Of a stretch of 64,000 nt of DNA, positions 42,876 to 54,604 are shown piece by piece. The DNA is from Rhynchobatus australiae (taxonomy: Eukaryota). Both the position numbers and the translations under genes were made by a program. Each line of letters opens with the position of its first letter. The first letter of the stretch is position 1. The stretch lies in NCBI GenBank assembly GCA_034780895.1, contig JAUZTB010000118.1:55792457-55856456 (forward strand), in the 5' to 3' direction. Below the pieces are notes generated by a model. It saw only the letters and a program-made list of their open reading frames with translations, made no database searches and was not told the origin of the DNA.

Positions 42876-43037
42876 TCCTCCGGGTGCTCCAGTTTCCTCC
42901 CACGTTCCAAAGACGTACAGGTTAGGAAGTTGTGGTCATGCTATGTTGCTGCCGGAAGCGTGGCAACACTTGCGGGCTGCTTCCAGAACACTCTATGCAA
43001 AAAGATGCATTTCACTGTGTGTTTCAATGTACATGTA
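42876..43037 (+). mobile_element. V-SINE fragment with a different 3' tail
   Basis: TCCGGGTGCTCCAGTTTCCTCCCACGTTCCAAAGAC V-domain; CpG-rich; tail CATTTCACTGTGTGTTTCAATGTACATG. Confidence 0.7.
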
Positions 43038-43424
43038 NNNNNNNNNNNNNNNNNNNNNNNNNNNNNNNNNNNNNNNNNNNNNNNNNNNNNNNNNNNNNNN
43101 NNNNNNNNNNNNNNNNNNNNNNNNNNNNNNNNNNNNNNNNNNNNNNNNNNNNNNNNNNNNNNNNNNNNNNNNNNNNNNNNNNNNNNNNNNNNNNNNNNNN
43201 NCACTGACCTGGATGGAAAAGTTAAATGAAGGGAAGTAGTTTATTTTCCTTATATTAATTGTTTAATTTTAGAAATAGTTAATTAATGTATTATAAATAC
43301 ATGTGTTATTTTTAACATTTCAATTTATAAAAATAGTAATTTTCAAAAACTATTTATAAATACTGCAGTTGATGGGAAAAAAAGTTTGCATTTCCATTAA
43401 CATTCAACTGAAATAATTCTTTAC

Positions 43425-43550
43425 CAATGCAATTCTTTCCATCTGGAGTTAGTTCAAAGCCAGCATTACAAATACATTGAAAGCTTCCATCTGTGTTAAC
43501 ACAACGACCATTTTTGCAAAGAAGTCCATTGTGAATACACTCATCAATAT
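43425..43550 (-). CDS. FBN2: Fibrillin exon, cbEGF4 (126 bp)
   Basis: [42 protein letters not shown]; CAG acceptor, GTAAA donor. Confidence 0.95.
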
Positions 43551-45764
43551 CTGAAAAGAAAAACAGGCAATATTGAACGAGGCAAAGTTGTAACAGTATG
43601 AAACTCACAAAAATCACTGCAAATGCAATTTTCAACCACTGTAAACATACCAAACAAAATTCAGAGCTGAATGATCTCAGCTTATTTACCTTAGAAAACA
43701 CCTTCATGATTTCTTTTTGTAAACAGTAACTGCACATTACCCAAGAGCTTTAACAAAAAGGAGCAGTGAGGAGAATAACTAGCTCCTCTGTCATGCATTG
43801 TACAATTTGATGAAGGTCCTATCCTTCCATAGGGCACATCTTAGCCATTGCTTCTGGAAATGGGAATGAAGTGGAAATTGATTCTGCCAGAATTCTGTGA
43901 TGTAGAGAGCTGGCTCTCTACATCAAGAGGGAATATTTAGGTTCCCTTTGTAATCTGCCTCATATACTCAATGCAATTTAAGCCTACTTTACTCCATTAT
44001 GGGCCCAAGAATGTCCCCAGAGTATTAGAGAGATCCAAATAGTTGAAGGAAAAGCCTACCAACATTTTTGTGAAATACTAAGTTGGGCCACTCAGTGACA
44101 GAATCCATTCCCAGGCAAAGACCAGTGTATCTCAATGATGGATGGCTACTCTAACTTTCTGTGCCTCAGCTGAGGCATTCACCAGCGATGTGTATTCCTT
44201 AATCACATTAATTTGGCACAGGTTGAATGCCTTTCCTTTTTGTGTCCATTTCTTCCATTTCATACAGTCATACTGGTGAAGAGGCCTTTGGAAGTGCTAG
44301 ACCCCTCTAACTGTTGTTAGTCCTGATGAGGAAATGCCTCCTTCAAACATTTCTCAGTATTTATTGGTTCTCTATGGACAGGGGAAGTCAGATGTAATTC
44401 AACTGTATTCACCCAAGGTTGCACAACTCTCATATTCATCTAAGTGTTGCCATTATCCTATCATGAGTTATATAGTGAAACTTTTGGGGGAAAAAAACAC
44501 CTAATTGAAACATGGATCCTTATTTATGTTCAGGAATAAATTAACCTGTTTGCTTCCTTTTGCCAAGAAAACACTCTTCCGGAATCTAGTCCATAAATCA
44601 CAATAGAGAATAGGAAGGATCATTGCTTTCAGCTTTTCTTCTTCTTACTCTCTCTCTCTTGGTCTCAGTCTCTTATTCTTCGCTTTGTCTGTTTATTTGT
44701 CTTTGTTGCATATTCTTTTGTCTTTACTTTTGCTACTTTTATTTAACAAAGCACAAGTAAGCATTCCCACAGTTCAGAATCTATTTTTCAACAGCTTATA
44801 TGTTTTCCCAAATAATTTCCATAACTATGCCTACAGTCATTGAGTTTTGATATAAATTGATAATGAAGCAAAAATAAGAAATCTAAAATCAAATTCCTGG
44901 TGTGTTACTGCATTGAAGAAATGTCCAAAAAACCCTTTCCAATATTTTTACTTTGCTTACATTGGCACAGTGTCTGTCAATATAGCGGAAGACCATACTG
45001 AGCCTTTCCAAACTGCCTTCCTATAATTGCGGGGAAACACTGTGGTTTGGATGTAGATCTGATCTAAACTGAATAAGTCAAACAACCATACCATGTGGCC
45101 AAACAAGACAATGTCCACCCAGAAAAATCCTGTTATGTGCAGAAGCTCAAAATGACCCTTGTATTCATCCAATTTCTAAAGTATTTTAAAAACAGCACAT
45201 TTTCTAAAATGGTAATAGATAAACAACTTCAAATCATATGATACCTCCTCCCTAACAGTTTGCTATTCTAGCAGCAACCTTTAATGTGCATAATCACAGC
45301 AGTTTATACAGACTATTTGACAAAGAGTTTTTGTTTTGATTCTGTTCAAATTGTTGAAAGTGTCCTGAATGCTTCCAAAGGTAACAGCATACAATTAACC
45401 AATTCAACAAAACAACAAAATTTTCACTTTCTTTTGACTTTGACCACTGTTAGATAAATTAAGTCATACGTTTGAAATTTTACAACCTGTAATAGTAACA
45501 CAACAAATCTAATAAGATATACTTTCAAAAAGTGAGATGATATTTGAGAAAATAGAGGATAAAATAATAACTTCTAGTTGGAGTGCCCTCCACAACATTC
45601 CAAATCCCCAACTCACTTGCTCTATGTCTGCCTCCATCCCTACAAGTAGCCCTGCCAGGCCACCCACTATGGAGTTCATCGGATGTATCTTGTGGATGAT
45701 GAAATCTCTGTGGCAAGGGAGGCAACTTACTTACCATAGGATACCCAGCCTAGCAACTGCTCTT

Positions 45765-46995
45765 CTTTCTCAGTTCTAATGAAGGGTCCTACAGATGAAC
45801 CGTTAACTATTTTTCTTTCCACAGGCTGCCTGACCTGCTTAGTTTTTCCAGCAGTTCCATTTTTTGATTATATGTCATGTTGGCTTAGTCTTTCTTATTC
45901 TACTCCCACAAGTCTAGCCTGCCTGGTAGGTCCCACCACCTTACCAGTAATAGCTCACTTCCCAGACCAAGAAGCTTAATGTATTCATATCTATTGCCAT
46001 AAAGCCATTTTGAATCAGGAATATTCCCTTTGTTCTATACATCTCCACCCCACTAACTTGTTTCTCTCTTTCCCAGTTCTGATGGAACGCAGCAGGTCCA
46101 ACATGTTGACTGAAAAATTTTAAAAACTGCAGCTGCTGGAAATCTGAAATAAAAACAGAAAATGCTGGAAATACTCAGCAGGTCAGGCTGCATCTGTGGG
46201 AAGGGAAACAGATTAATACTTCTATTGTCTCCTTCACAGTTCTGACAAACGGTCTTCAACCTGAAACATTAACTCTGTTTCCTTCCCACAGATGCAGCCC
46301 AAAATGTTGACTGTTTCTCTTTCCATAAATGCTGTCTGACCCACTGGGTTTTCCCAGTAATTTCTGGTTTTGAAGCCAAAATATCACACTGCTTTCGTAA
46401 GCACACATGGAAATCCCCACCAAATCCATGCCTCAAACCAGTGCAATGCCCTGTACAGTGTTGGTTCTGTACTAATCTATACTCCAATAGTGTGCACACA
46501 CTTTTTATTACGCCAAATATTTCAGTGTGCTAATTGAAAAACAAAAAGCTGCAGATGAAATCTGAAATGAAAGCAGAAAATGCTGGAAATACACAGCAGA
46601 CCAGGAAGTATTNNNNNNNNNNNNNNNNNNNNNNNNNNNNNNNNNNNNNNNNNNNNNNNNNNNNNNNNNNNNNNNNNNNNNNNNNNNNNNNNNNNNNNNN
46701 NNNNNNNNNNNNGAAACTGCTGGAAATACACAGCAGACCAGGAAGTATTTATGGAGAAAGAAACAGAATTAATATTTCTGGTTGACAATATTTCATCTGT
46801 TTCTTTCTCCACAAATATTACTTGCTGAGAATTTTCAACATTTTCTGATTTTTATTTCATTTTGCTAACCCATCAGCCTTCTTCTGTGGTCTGCTCCATT
46901 GAAACCTTTGCCGAGTTCTCTGTACCAATATCATACTCAAGAAACTGGCAACTGTGCTATTCTTTTCCTCAACTCTGACGAAAGGTTCCTCAGCC
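45765..46995. repeat. Cluster of Penelope-like short elements in both orientations
   Basis: Partial copies near 45770, 46075, 46125-46375, 46545-46860 and 46970, with the family arm and degenerate CTGANGA..GAAAC motifs. Confidence 0.7.
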
Positions 46996-47209
46996 CTGTT
47001 GATTCACCAGATGCAGGAACAGAATTCTATAAAACCTTTATTCTTCCTGATATTAAATGGAAATGCTTAAATTGGAAGCATACCCTCATCAATGTTGTTA
47101 ACATCCAAAACATAAACATGTCTTTTCAGAAATACTGTGGCACCTACACTATATTTTTAGGAACTATTACTTTCTCTGAGATTTAGAGCTCTTATGTTCC
47201 ATTACTTAC

Positions 47210-47329
47210 CAATGCAGGATTGTTTGGTTGGGGTGCTCTGGAAACCAGTGTGGCATTTACAATGATAGGACCCTGGAGTATTTATACAATCACCATTTGT
47301 ACAGGGACTTGAAGTACACTCATCAAAAT
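47210..47329 (-). CDS. FBN2: Fibrillin exon, cbEGF3 (120 bp)
   Basis: [40 protein letters not shown]; TAG acceptor, GTAAGT donor. Confidence 0.95.
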
Positions 47330-47804
47330 CTACAAAGACCAATAAACAAGACATGTGAAATTTCAGAGGAAAGCCTTAAACATGGCTTAAACATTTGATA
47401 TTTTCCTAAATGGGAAATGATGATCTCATCTAAAATATTTTATATTGTTACTTGCAGACAAATCTTAACAATAATTATTTAATAATGCTGGATTCATACA
47501 GTTCTTGTATAGACAGTTATCTTTCAATAATTCTGAGCAATTTGAGTTACAATATTTTCTTCTTTTCAGTCAAATACTGCTCCTTGCAAGGCTCAGTGTA
47601 ATAACATACACAATTTTAAATGTATCTTTCAATGAAGATCAACCATAACTCTGCAAATTCTTACTAAATCACATATTACACATAAAAAATCAATCTGAGA
47701 ATCGAAAGCCCAAGGAAATCTGGAATTCAGTCTCATGGGGACCTCAGCTCTGAAGTACAATAAGACAAAGAGAATGCTTCTTCTAAGTGAGTTGGCAAAG
47801 TTTA

Positions 47805-47900
47805 AAGATTTGATGAAGGGCCTTTGACCTGAAACTCGCTTTCTCTTTCCATGGTTGCTCCCTGACCTGTTGAGTGCTTCCTGCAATTGTTGTCTTTGTT
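47805..47900 (+). mobile_element. Penelope-like short element with hammerhead-like core
   Basis: TTGATGA-AGGGCCTTTGACCT-GAAAC, then TTTCTCTTTCCATGG..CTGACCTGTTGAGT. Confidence 0.65.
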
Positions 47901-48034
47901 TAAGCAGTGCCTAATTCTTGGAAGAATTAGATTCTAGATGGAGTTCAGACCAATGCTTGTTTTTTCCCTTTAAAGTGTAGAGTTAGGAGAATTTAATATG
48001 AAAGCAGGGAAGTTATATAGGTTAGAGGTGAGAA

Positions 48035-48345
48035 CACACCTGGAGAACTATGTACAGTATTCATCTTGTTATTCGAAGAACAATGTAAATGCCATGGAAC
48101 TAATTCAGGCATTTGAGGGGGTCCTATGAGGAAAGGGTAGATAGACTAGGCTTGGATACGCTAGAGTTAAGAAGAATGATGGGAGGTATGATTGAAACAA
48201 AAGATCCTTCGGGGTTTAGACAGGGGAATATGGAAAGGATATTTCCTCTTTTGGGAGAGTCTAGAACTAGATATCACTGTTTAAAAATAAGGGGCTGCTC
48301 ATTTAATTCAGAGATGAGGCAAAATCTTTTCTCTCAGAGGGTAAA
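48035..48345 (+). mobile_element. CR1 LINE ORF2 C-terminal fragment
   Basis: SYEERVDRLGLDTLELRRM.G.MIET and ESRTR.H.LKIRG..F.SEMRQNLFSQRV match the CR1 C-terminal consensus. Confidence 0.85.
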
Positions 48346-49643
48346 AAGAGTGCATTACATCTCTGAAAGGAAGAATGCCAGAGTAGAAAGTGCTGCACCT
48401 TGGTCCCAATTCTGAGATCAACAACATGAGATTCCAAAGCTTACAAGAGCAGGCAGCTTTTTCCCAAACCAGGTTGGGAAACTCAATTTAGGCCTTGCCT
48501 TTCTGTGAGCCATTCCGTCTACTATTCATGATCCAAACTCATGAAAAAGTTGGGGAAATTTGATTCTAGAGCACTGTACATTAAATTGCTTGGTGTAAAC
48601 ATTGTTTAAGTTCAAATCTTGGTAGACAAACAGTATGATGTTTAATTGGGAAGCCCATGACAGACCCAACATTGGGCCCGGGCTCATTGGCAGTTTTTGT
48701 TTGAAGTGTTTGGACCTGATCCTCCTACATAGAAAGGTAGTGTATTTCACTTCAGAATGCATTGCGGATGGTAACAGTGATGTTACTGGAGAACTTCTGC
48801 TCATGAAGCTCCACAACTACTAGCTTTTTTTTGTAAAATCTTATCTTTTGTCAAAACCGCAGTAATAACTTAGAACACCTGAATAGAGCAGGGCTTCATT
48901 TAAGAACTAATTTCTGCATGGGACTTTAAAATTGGCAATAGATCCCTTGTTTATATATTCATTGGGTCTAATGTCTATTTGAGCTCACTGTCCCAGAAAG
49001 TTCACTTTACCATTATGATGCTACCTATAATACAGAGAAGAGTCAGATGATGTGGAAAGAAGTGTGGCAATATCCACAGAGAGAACTATTCTTCTATCAG
49101 TATGGTGGTCTCAAATTTATGTCACAATAACATTCAGAGTCTTATTTATATCCAATATTTTAATAGAATATTTGTATTTATAAATTTATATAAATTTATA
49201 CCTTAATATAATATTTACAGAGCTGTATCACTTGATTTATAACTACAGACTTTCAAGCTGCAAGTACCTGGTTAAACAAAAGGTTAGCAGAGTAACTGAG
49301 AAATGCTAAGGAAGAAGAGTTACTGAAGTAGGGTTAAGGAAGAAGGGAGGTAATTCTTCTGTGACTTCCATTCCTGTGTTACTTATTACAGGAAACTGAT
49401 AGCAAGCTAGCCTAGCTAACCTCATTGCATAGTAGTTGGAAAGCTACAGTGCATGAAAGTATCCGAAATTAAATCATACTCTATCTTCTATCTTTAAGGA
49501 AGAGCCAAGGTACTTATAGAGAACACTTTAAAGCTTTGCCCTTTGGTAATCTTTGTTCTTATATACTGATTACATACTTCCACTGAATAGGTAAAGATGA
49601 CAATCATTTAAAAGGTTTCTTTTAATACATGGTTGATTCTTAC

Positions 49644-49790
49644 CAACACATTCTCCAGGTACATCTTGCTTAAAACCCATATTGCATTCACAGCGGTGAC
49701 CAGCGGGTGTTGGAATACACCGTCCATTCTTGCAGAGATTGGTGAAGTGCTTACAGTAGTCAGGTTTTGTTTGATTAATGGTAAAGGTAC
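49644..49790 (-). CDS. FBN2: Fibrillin exon, EGF4 (147 bp)
   Basis: [49 protein letters not shown]; TTCCAG acceptor, GTAAG donor. Confidence 0.92.
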
Positions 49791-51393
49791 CTGGAACAAA
49801 TTCCCATAAATAAAGCAACTTCTCGACCTTAACACAGATTTCAATGCTGAATGGATTTTGCCAAGAAGTTCTCCAATTATTGCTTTGTGGAGGAGACAAG
49901 AAGATATTTCACATCTCATTCTGGCTTAGAGAAAGCTTTATCTAACTCAAAAACTAAATGGACCAAAGAGAGTTCAACAATGATAATTGTGTAAGATCTA
50001 ATGGAAGGAAACAGTTTGATAANNNNNNNNNNNNNNNNNNNNNNNNNNNNNNNNNNNNNNNNNNNNNNNNNNNNNNNNNNNNNNNNNNNNNNNNNNNNNN
50101 NNNNNNNNNNNNNNNNNNNNNNGATAAACTGACTTTCTTTATTCCACATTGTCTCATGGCAAAACTCAGGTAACAGGGTTTTGTACTCCATATGTTGCAG
50201 CCTGGTTCTTATCAAACTGTTAGTAGCTACTTACATTTAAAACTATTAAATATACTAATTTAAATACCAATTTTATTCATATATTTAATATTATCATATA
50301 CAACAAATTTGTTTGTTTTTTATATTCTATAATTTCCAGCATTGTAGTTCCATCTCAAACATGCATCTTTCAAATAGTGTTTGGGACAATAAATCATAAG
50401 ATCACAACCTTTACATAATATATCATTTGAACTTAGATTTGTAAAAAGCATCCAGCCAGAAGAAATGCCCATCTAGAAATTCCATTGTACTCCAGAGGGT
50501 ATGCTGGATTGGCACATTTCATGAGTCAAAGACTACTTTGGTTGTTCTCCTACTGCATCCAAATTCTGTTGCATTTCACATAATCGGACTAGGATCAGCC
50601 ATTTACCAGCATAACTTTGGTGCAGTCTTTTTGTAATGGCCAGATGATGAGTGGGTGAAAAAGAGGGTTGGGACAGGATCAGCCTCAAACTAATAGCAGT
50701 GTTCATGGCCATAATATTGAAACCAGCTCATGGGCATCGAGAGATTGGAAATTAGGGAGACTGGCACATCCTGGCATGCAGATGTGTTTTTCTGGCAAAG
50801 GGTGGGATGGGAGATCAGGGATGGTGGACAGCATGTAGATGTATGAGACAGAGTTGGAAGAAAGGCATCAAAGGTGGATGGAATCATGGGAGGTGGGGGA
50901 CATAAGTGAGGGGTTTTGAAAGGAACATGGAATGGCATGAGTTAACCAGGAATCATTTTCTCTGGGTTCAAAAAAAAAGTGCTATGTAATCCAGTTTCTA
51001 GATATTTATTTTCCAAACATTAGGTATGTATTCTTCCAGGTTTAGATTTTTTTTAAGTAATGCCTTTTCAAGTTTGTGAAGAGGCAGTAATCATGATAAC
51101 AATTTAAGATGATTAATTTAGAGCATCACACAAAGGCACACAGTACATTAAAAGTTATCTACCCTGGCACATTAGTTTTCAGTAACTAAACAAGTGGAAT
51201 GAAAATGTTGTACAACCTGGCCAACATCCATGAATAGCAATAATCAGTAAACTGTATAAAATTGACAGAATGCATCTTAGTAAACTACAGTATTGCAAAA
51301 CACATTTTTCGTTCCCCTTTCCTTATGTTTTCAATTCTTTAATGGGAGTTGTTAAAAATAGAATGGCCATAATAGAATTGGTAAATATCTTAC

Positions 51394-51612
51394 CAATATC
51401 TGGACGTCTTTGTCGCCCATTGAGAACATTTTCACGTCCATCTGGGCTGCCGTCAACAATGGAAGGCCGTGTTACAGGAACAACAGGTGGATATCTTTCT
51501 CCACGAAAGTCAAATCTAGGAAAGCCTCCATTGTCAATTCTAAAATTTGGATCATGGTGTGGAATGCCCTGTACAACAGGAGCACCTTCAATGCACAGTC
51601 TACGATATTCAT
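51394..51612 (-). CDS. FBN2: Fibrillin exon, end of TB1 plus hinge region (219 bp)
   Basis: Manual translation DEYRRLCIEGAPVVQGIPHHDPNFRIDNGGFPRFDFRGERYPPVVPVTRPSIVDGSPDGRENVLNGRQRRPDI; CAG acceptor, GTAAG donor, no stops; not in the ORF track. Confidence 0.9.
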
Positions 51613-51679
51613 CTGTGTTAAAAGAAAATGCACTTTACTTTACATCATCATTTTCATACTCATATAGCTATAAACTCTA

Positions 51680-52170
51680 CCTTTCAGATGACATGTTAAG
51701 CTGAGGGCCAGTTTGCATCTCAGGTAAATGTAAATTACCCTATGACAATATCTCAGACATTCACTGTTGCATCCTGGCCAATAATTCTGCCTCTTACAAC
51801 ACCACTAAAATAGATTATTTAGCNNNNNNNNNNNNNNNNNNNNNNNNNNNNNNNNNNNNNNNNNNNNNNNNNNNNNNNNNNNNNNAAAATATGCTGGAAA
51901 CATTCAACATCTTTGGCAACAACTGTTTGGAGGAAGTGTCTTCAGCCCGGTATGTTAACCTTGTTTCTCTATCCACAGATGCTGCCTGACCTTCAGAGTG
52001 GTTCCAGCATTTTCTTTTTATTACCACAATGCCTTCTGAGGGAAATTGTGCACAAATTGGCTGCTGCAGGCCCTACAGCAGCACCTACAACAAAAGTCTC
52101 AATGGCTGGAAAGCATTTAGGAATGACTTTAAGATGTGAACGGCATTATATAAATGCAAATTCTTTCTTG
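51680..52170 (+). mobile_element. Deu-domain SINE (SacSINE1/AmnSINE-like), split by a Penelope-like short element
   Basis: CTTTCAGATGACATGTTAAGCTGAGG..CTCAGGT..TCCTGGCCAAT..CACTAAAATAGATTAT, then the insert, then GCACAAATTGGCTGC..GGCATTATATAAATGCAAATTCTTTCTT. Confidence 0.7.
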
Positions 52171-52574
52171 GAAAGGGAAGGGGAATAATTGAAAGGTGGG
52201 CTACAGTGCCAGAGGGAAAACAGTCCATTTGTAATGCTCAAAACAGGAGGGGAGGTTGAGATACATTGGCAGTGGCATCACGCTGAAGGTGTTGAAATTG
52301 CACATTTCCCATTGACTGAGGCGCTGGGGAATGAAAACTGAGGACAACAGAAACCTTTTCATTGTTAAAAGGAGGAATGAGGGAGTGAAAGTGCAGGAAA
52401 GCATCACAGTCAAGCATCCTGTTAAACCAGATTGACAAGGAATCTTTAGCTGCAGCAAGGAAAAACTGAATGCAGTTCCTTTTTTGAAAGCCTTGTGTAT
52501 TTTACAATACTTGCACAGTAAATCTAGGAAAGAGAAGCACAAGCGTTATTTTCTACTATAACACAAAAACATAC

Positions 52575-53245
52575 AAAAATAGTAGCAAGAGTAGGCCATC
52601 TGGTCCCTCAAGCCTGCCCATTCAATAAGATTGAGGTTCATCTGCCTCAGGCATCCATTCCTCTCCTGTGCCAGTTCTACAAATCCTTCAATTGCCCAAA
52701 CTTTCAAACTTCTTCCTTAAATGCTCTCAGTGATCTTGCCTTCACAATTTTCTGGGTAAAGAATTACAGACAATCGCCACCCTATGCAAGAAGAAACTCC
52801 TATGCACCTCAGCTTTAAATGAAGAGGTAATTGCAGATGACTGGAATCTGCTGGAGGAACTCAGTGGGTCAAGCAGTATCCATGAAAGGAAAAGCATTGT
52901 CGATGTTTTGGGTCACAGTCCTTTATATGGTGTTCCTCCAGCAGACTGTTTGTTGCTTTAGCTTTAAACAACTCCTCCCTTTTCTAATAACTATTTATTT
53001 TTGTTTAAGTATTTATTTTTGTTTAAGATTGTGGACACATCTCAACATCTACTTTGAAGTGCCCTCTTATTGTCTTGTGAGTTTCAATAAAATCACTGCT
53101 CATTCTTCTAAGTTCCCAAAAAATACAGATCCAACCCCTTTAACTGCTTGTGATAGGACAATCCCCTCATCCCAGGAATTAAATGAGTGAATCTTTTCTG
53201 AACTGCCTCCAATGCTACAATATCCTTCCTCTAATAAGTAAACAG
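52575..53245 (-). mobile_element. Degenerate CR1 3' fragment
   Basis: GAGTAGGCCATCTGGTCCCTCAAGCCTG..ATTCAATAAGAT terminus, homologous to the copy at 27612; interrupted at 52820-52959. Confidence 0.7.
52820..52959. mobile_element. 140-bp inverted-repeat element with 9-bp target-site duplication
   Basis: Flanked by AGCTTTAAA at 52811-52819 and 52960-52968; perfect internal inverted repeat TCTGCTGGAGGAAC / GTTCCTCCAGCAGA. Confidence 0.75.
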
Positions 53246-54451
53246 AATATGGAATGAAAACCTGGGCATTGGATTGGGTGTCTACATGACTTGGTTAGTA
53301 CTGCCAATTTCAATCACATTTCTGAGTTGTTGAATTTAATTTGAAATTATTTCCCATTTTTACCAAATAAACCAATTCTACTGTGGGTCACAAGGAAAAT
53401 CTTGAATAAATATTTTGTTGTTGTTGCCTTGTCAGCTCAGATTCCTGTTAAATTAAATATTCAGCATTGTTAAAAATAGCTGAAAGTAATTGGAAGATGA
53501 GGACATTCATCATAATTACAAAGCAAGGTGACTGAGGTCACTACTATCATGATACTTTGGTTTGTCATTCTTCAGTACAGTGCAATCACTTAATACACTC
53601 CCATTGAACAATGTGTTAGTTTATATTTAAATAAAAATCATTTATAAAATTCCACTTGTGAATGCAGTGTAGCAACCAAAAACAAATGTTGCATTTCACT
53701 GTTACTAGGGTTTAAAAAGTTGTAGTCACTCTTGAAACCCTGAATACCTCCAAACAAGATCTTACGGTCAGCTTCTGCCTAGACTAGAAATCATTTTTCA
53801 AAATGAAGAGAACAGAACACAAAAATTAAGGAAGGAAAGGCTTCGAACAAGCAACCAAATGACCCCATCAGGCATTGTTGCCACCAGCACATGAATAGTA
53901 ATCCCATGCTCTCCTCCTCTATCTATTAATAGAGAAATATTTCTAGAAGCAGATGACAGTTTCAACTTAAATACAGTTAACATTGTTTTGAAGAATGTCA
54001 ATTTCATCACAGGTATTGAGGTTCTCGAGTAGGATTTCCTCCTCATTTTGGCACCTTGGTGAAGCCCATGTGTTGTCATGATGCCAGTTTATAAGCAGGG
54101 TATAAAAGATAAGATTGTATTTTTCAAACCTTGTACTTCAGGCTACAGACCCAGAAGTTTACACTTTCTGTTTTCAATGAGATTTCTCATGATTGGAGAA
54201 CCCAATTCTCATGAGTGGAGAGCTCTGAGATGTATTTCAAATATCCCAAAAGCATGCACCACTGGGGAAGTAGCTGGTGGTGCTGACCAGGAGATTCTGG
54301 CTGTCTCCCTGTGCTCTGATTAAAGAAGCAACCGGGATGGTTATTGGGGCATATGAGGTCCTCCTATATTGTGTGGGGTACAGATCTTAATGAATACTTG
54401 TATCCTGCTAATTTATAGGTTTAACTTTGGAATTACCATATTCCTTCTTAC

Positions 54452-54604
54452 CAGAACCTGTGATTGGGCACATCTCTGGAACAGAACCAAGGGCCCAGCA
54501 GCGTCCAGATTCACAGCAGCACTGCATCTTAGTGTAAGGTCTGGTTAATTCCTGAGCACAACGGCCATTAATCAGTCTGGAAAAGCAGGTACCAGCTCGC
54601 TGAT
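54452..54604 (-). CDS. FBN2: Fibrillin exon, TB1 domain (153 bp)
   Basis: [51 protein letters not shown]; CAG acceptor, GTAAG donor; CCC triplet of the TB/8-Cys domain. Confidence 0.95.

Larger units (their letters stand above)
1285..54604 (-). other. FBN2: Fibrillin-2-like gene, internal portion (TB1 to cbEGF20); continues beyond both window ends
   Basis: 24 symmetric phase-1 exons in canonical fibrillin domain order. FBN2-type segments: [13 protein letters not shown] in TB1, [65 protein letters not shown]. Confidence 0.85.

Noticed and set aside
44318-44352. AGTCCTGATGAGGAAATGCCTCCTTCAAAC, hammerhead-like
   Set aside because: GAAA box absent (CAAA), no stem I partner and no family arm nearby.
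46580-46750. Direct repeat TGCTGGAAATACACAGCAGACCAGGAAGTATT on both sides of a 100-N gap
   Set aside because: Typical of unmerged overlapping contig ends around an unknown-size gap; no evidence for a real tandem array or CRISPR-like structure.
49175-49215. AT-only quasi-palindrome TTTATAAATTTATATAAATTTATA
   Set aside because: Low-complexity sequence expected in AT-rich introns.
51270-51704. 144-aa plus-strand ORF
   Set aside because: Antisense shadow of the hinge exon; no recognisable motif.
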